Of a stretch of 64,000 nt of DNA, positions 61,674 to 64,000 are shown piece by piece. The notes beneath the pieces are model-generated. The model was not told the origin of the DNA, searched no databases, and worked only from the letters and a program-made list of their open reading frames with translations. Origin of the DNA: Paraphysomonas bandaiensis (Eukaryota; Protista; Chrysophyceae); contig CBFFRP010000254.1 of the NCBI GenBank assembly GCA_965644295.1, positions 1 through 64,000 of the forward strand. The letters are read 5' to 3'. The stretch's first letter is position 1, and the number at the start of each line of letters is the position of its first letter. A program made the position numbers and the translations under genes.

Positions 61674-63010
61674 GTGGATCGTGCTACACCTTTACGTACT
61701 ACAGCCTTTAAGCATAGTTTTGGTGAAGCAAACATGATTCACCAGCTGTACTCTGGCTTTTGTGATCCGATACGAGATCAGCGAGTCAAAAGTATAGTAC
61801 AAGCCCTTAAGGATGGTCTTTCGTTGTTTGATGCTCCTCTTGCCAAAATTGAGAGGATTTTAGCTGATCAACCTTCTGTTGCTTTGGATGCGCCTAAATC
61901 ATCACGAAAGAGTTATTGTCGACATTGTCATAAGCATGTTTATCATAAGCCAGCCGATTGTTTTCGTAATCCCTCCAACCAGTCTTCCTCAACTTCTTCG
62001 AAACGTCAGAAACACAATAATCATGGTCCTCAATGTATTCTTTGTAGCAATCATGGCCATTATGCCCCGCAATATGCTCTCAAGGCCACAGGTCCAAAAA
62101 TTCCCCAAAATCAAGCTCGTCCAGGTGGTCCTCCCAAAGTGACGGGTTGATCTGAAATCTCCTTGGTTTTTGGGAAAAGAGGTGGGGCGTGATGTCCAGC
62201 TGCACGCTGTGGTTGAGCATGACGACCAGCTTGATTTTGGGGAATTTGCGGACCTGAGGCCTTGAGAGCATATATTGCGGAGCATAATGGCCATGATTGC
62301 TACAAAGAATACATTGAGGACCATGATTATTGTGTTTCTGACGTTTCGAAGAAGTTGAGGAAGACTGGTTTGAGGGATTACAAGGCTCTGGCACTGTTCT
62401 TCAAGCAGTGTCAGGTACATTTGTGGTGCTTTTATGTTATTCTTGCTTTTTTAGTATGTTTTTATTTGAGAAGGGAAGGTGCACGGTTTTCTAGTAGCGT
62501 CAGTCACTCGGGAGAAGAGTGCAAGGTAGATGGATGTGCTGGAAGAGTGCACACAATGGAGGGAAGGCATTGAAGTCGGCTTGAATTTTTGTAACAGAGT
62601 TTGGTAGACGTCTATTTCATGCGTCAGTATGAAAAATTGCACAGTGAGACCGCTTCGTGACCGTGGGAGGGCCCGTTGTTAGAGCTACTCTCCCTTCTAG
62701 ACTACCTGCTGCTGTGAATAAGAACACCTTGAGGATCCTATACATCTGTGCTGCATATACAGGAGACATATGCCGAAGACACTGACCGCAAGTTGTTCCT
62801 GTTAGGAGCGTATGATCTGGCTTAAACATGCAACTCGTTGTATGCCCATGTAGCTAACTAAACACTAGCGTGTTGTTGTATGATGGCGCAGAGAATGTCA
62901 GATAACATATATCTAGACAGTGGATGTAACAAAATGATTCTCACCTCCAAGACACATATGTGAAACCTTGAGCGCGCTGATAGGCAGATGACCACAGCGA
63001 ACAAAGGTAC
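61674..63010. pseudogene. Scrambled LTR-retrotransposon debris in both orientations
   Basis: Gag knuckles CRHCHKHVYHKPADC and CILCSNHGHYAPQ; protease-like IYLDSGCNK at ~62905-62935 followed by an in-frame stop. Confidence 0.7.
61966..62381. repeat. Long inverted repeat, ~156-bp arms and ~100-bp spacer
   Basis: 61966-62121 is the reverse complement of 62224-62381, with a few substitutions and a 2-nt indel. Confidence 0.95.
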
Positions 63011-63192
63011 ACTAATGAAGCCCCAGAACCATAACAATCAACACAAATAAACTGCATTCACAATCGCATTAATTACATACTTTAATACTTCAGACACTTT
63101 TTACTTTTCTGACAAACCTGTAATAATAACTTCATCCATTCTATGAAATGCAAGCGACAAAACACACATTGCTATAATGGCACAATGGATAA

Positions 63193-64000
63193 CTACTCGT
63201 CCAACATGCATAACATTGCACATCCCCTTCTAATCCAATGGTCTTCCCCTTTTGTTGTGGGCACAGGTAGAGACACCACGAAATTCGTAGAATGTCCGGT
63301 TGTCGACAAAGTTCCAGCCCTGAGAGAGGTCTTATATAGCGGACAATTATATACCGATGTCGGGTTATAATCCTCAGTGATGACAGGTTGAAGCCACACA
63401 CATGGCATAACATCAAAGAGAACGCGAGGAAGTGAATCCGCCATTTTCATTTCAGTGCGATCGAATCGACCACCTTCCATAAAAAGACCATACACATACG
63501 CGCCACTCTCAGGAGTCTCTGTGATCTGATCAACTTCGTACTGAGTCATGACACATCCAATTCGAAGAGTGTCGACTGCAATTTGGTTGTCGCGAGAAAA
63601 TGTTTGTTTGACAGCCGTCATAAAACCCTGTGGAAAAAAGAATCCCGACAACCAATATGTCAGCCGTGGACCATGCAGAAGCCAGTCGCTCATAAAGCTA
63701 ATTCTCATAACAAAGTCCTCAACCCATGAAGGTAGTGGTTTCAGGCACGGGTAGCCAGCTTCTTCCCATCTAGCCGGCACTTTCTGAAAGACGAAGCAGT
63801 TGTACATCATCTCGAGCTCACCACTCATCACAACTTCTCCCTTGATTGCCCGCTGCAGTTCTCGCAATGTGGATTTCATAACTTCAATCAAACCATTAAA
63901 TCGTATTAATTCCTGGCCTAAAAATACACCCAAACTATTCACTGCATCCCCAAGCTTTTTGAAAGTATCGGGGTGAGCTTTACGTAGGTCATACACTGCA
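63193..64000 (-). CDS. Dynein heavy chain C-terminal domain (axonemal type), 5' part outside window
   Basis: FLGQELIRFN, YPCLKPLPSW, WLSGFFFPQGFMTAVKQ, GAYVYGLFMEG, CPLYKTSLRAGTLSTTGHSTNFV, HWIRRGCAMLC. Confidence 0.97.
   Translation of the reverse strand, partial: AVYDLRKAHPDTFKKLGDAVNSLGVFLGQELIRFNGLIEVMKSTLRELQRAIKGEVVMSGELEMMYNCFVFQKVPARWEEAGYPCLKPLPSWVEDFVMRISFMSDWLLHGPRLTYWLSGFFFPQGFMTAVKQTFSRDNQIAVDTLRIGCVMTQYEVDQITETPESGAYVYGLFMEGGRFDRTEMKMADSLPRVLFDVMPCVWLQPVITEDYNPTSVYNCPLYKTSLRAGTLSTTGHSTNFVVSLPVPTTKGEDHWIRRGCAMLCMLDE

Overview
Gene-dense, AT-rich eukaryotic DNA with short (~45-60 nt) GT-AG introns. A flagellated protist, plausibly a stramenopile, is inferred from gene content and style, not shown. 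About 20 host genes are present, many as head-to-head pairs: SDA1, APC1, DAD1/OST2, proteasome alpha-1, inositol monophosphatase, a PP2C with an apparent UEV-like N-terminus, an ELAV-like RRM protein, an SPFH protein, a COG2509-type flavoprotein, a YqcI/YcgG-like protein, a METTL21-type methyltransferase, a TPR+2OG-Fe(II) oxygenase and the 3' end of a dynein heavy chain. Mobile DNA includes a very young Ty1/copia element (apparently identical 293-bp TG...TA LTRs, 5-bp TSD) inserted inside the terminal inverted repeat of an older hAT transposon (8-bp TSD), and a complete Mutator/MULE element (long TIRs, 10-bp TSD). There is also a collapsed 482-bp LTR element and a cluster of copia debris with a fold-back inverted repeat. 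The least explained signal is a family of four dispersed, mutually homologous intergenic fragments (~17.0-17.5, 27.1-27.35, 28.36-28.8 and 60.0-60.2 kb). They diverge mainly at third codon positions, encode a peptide I cannot assign, and at least one copy folds into many hairpins. All alignments and exon boundaries were made by eye.
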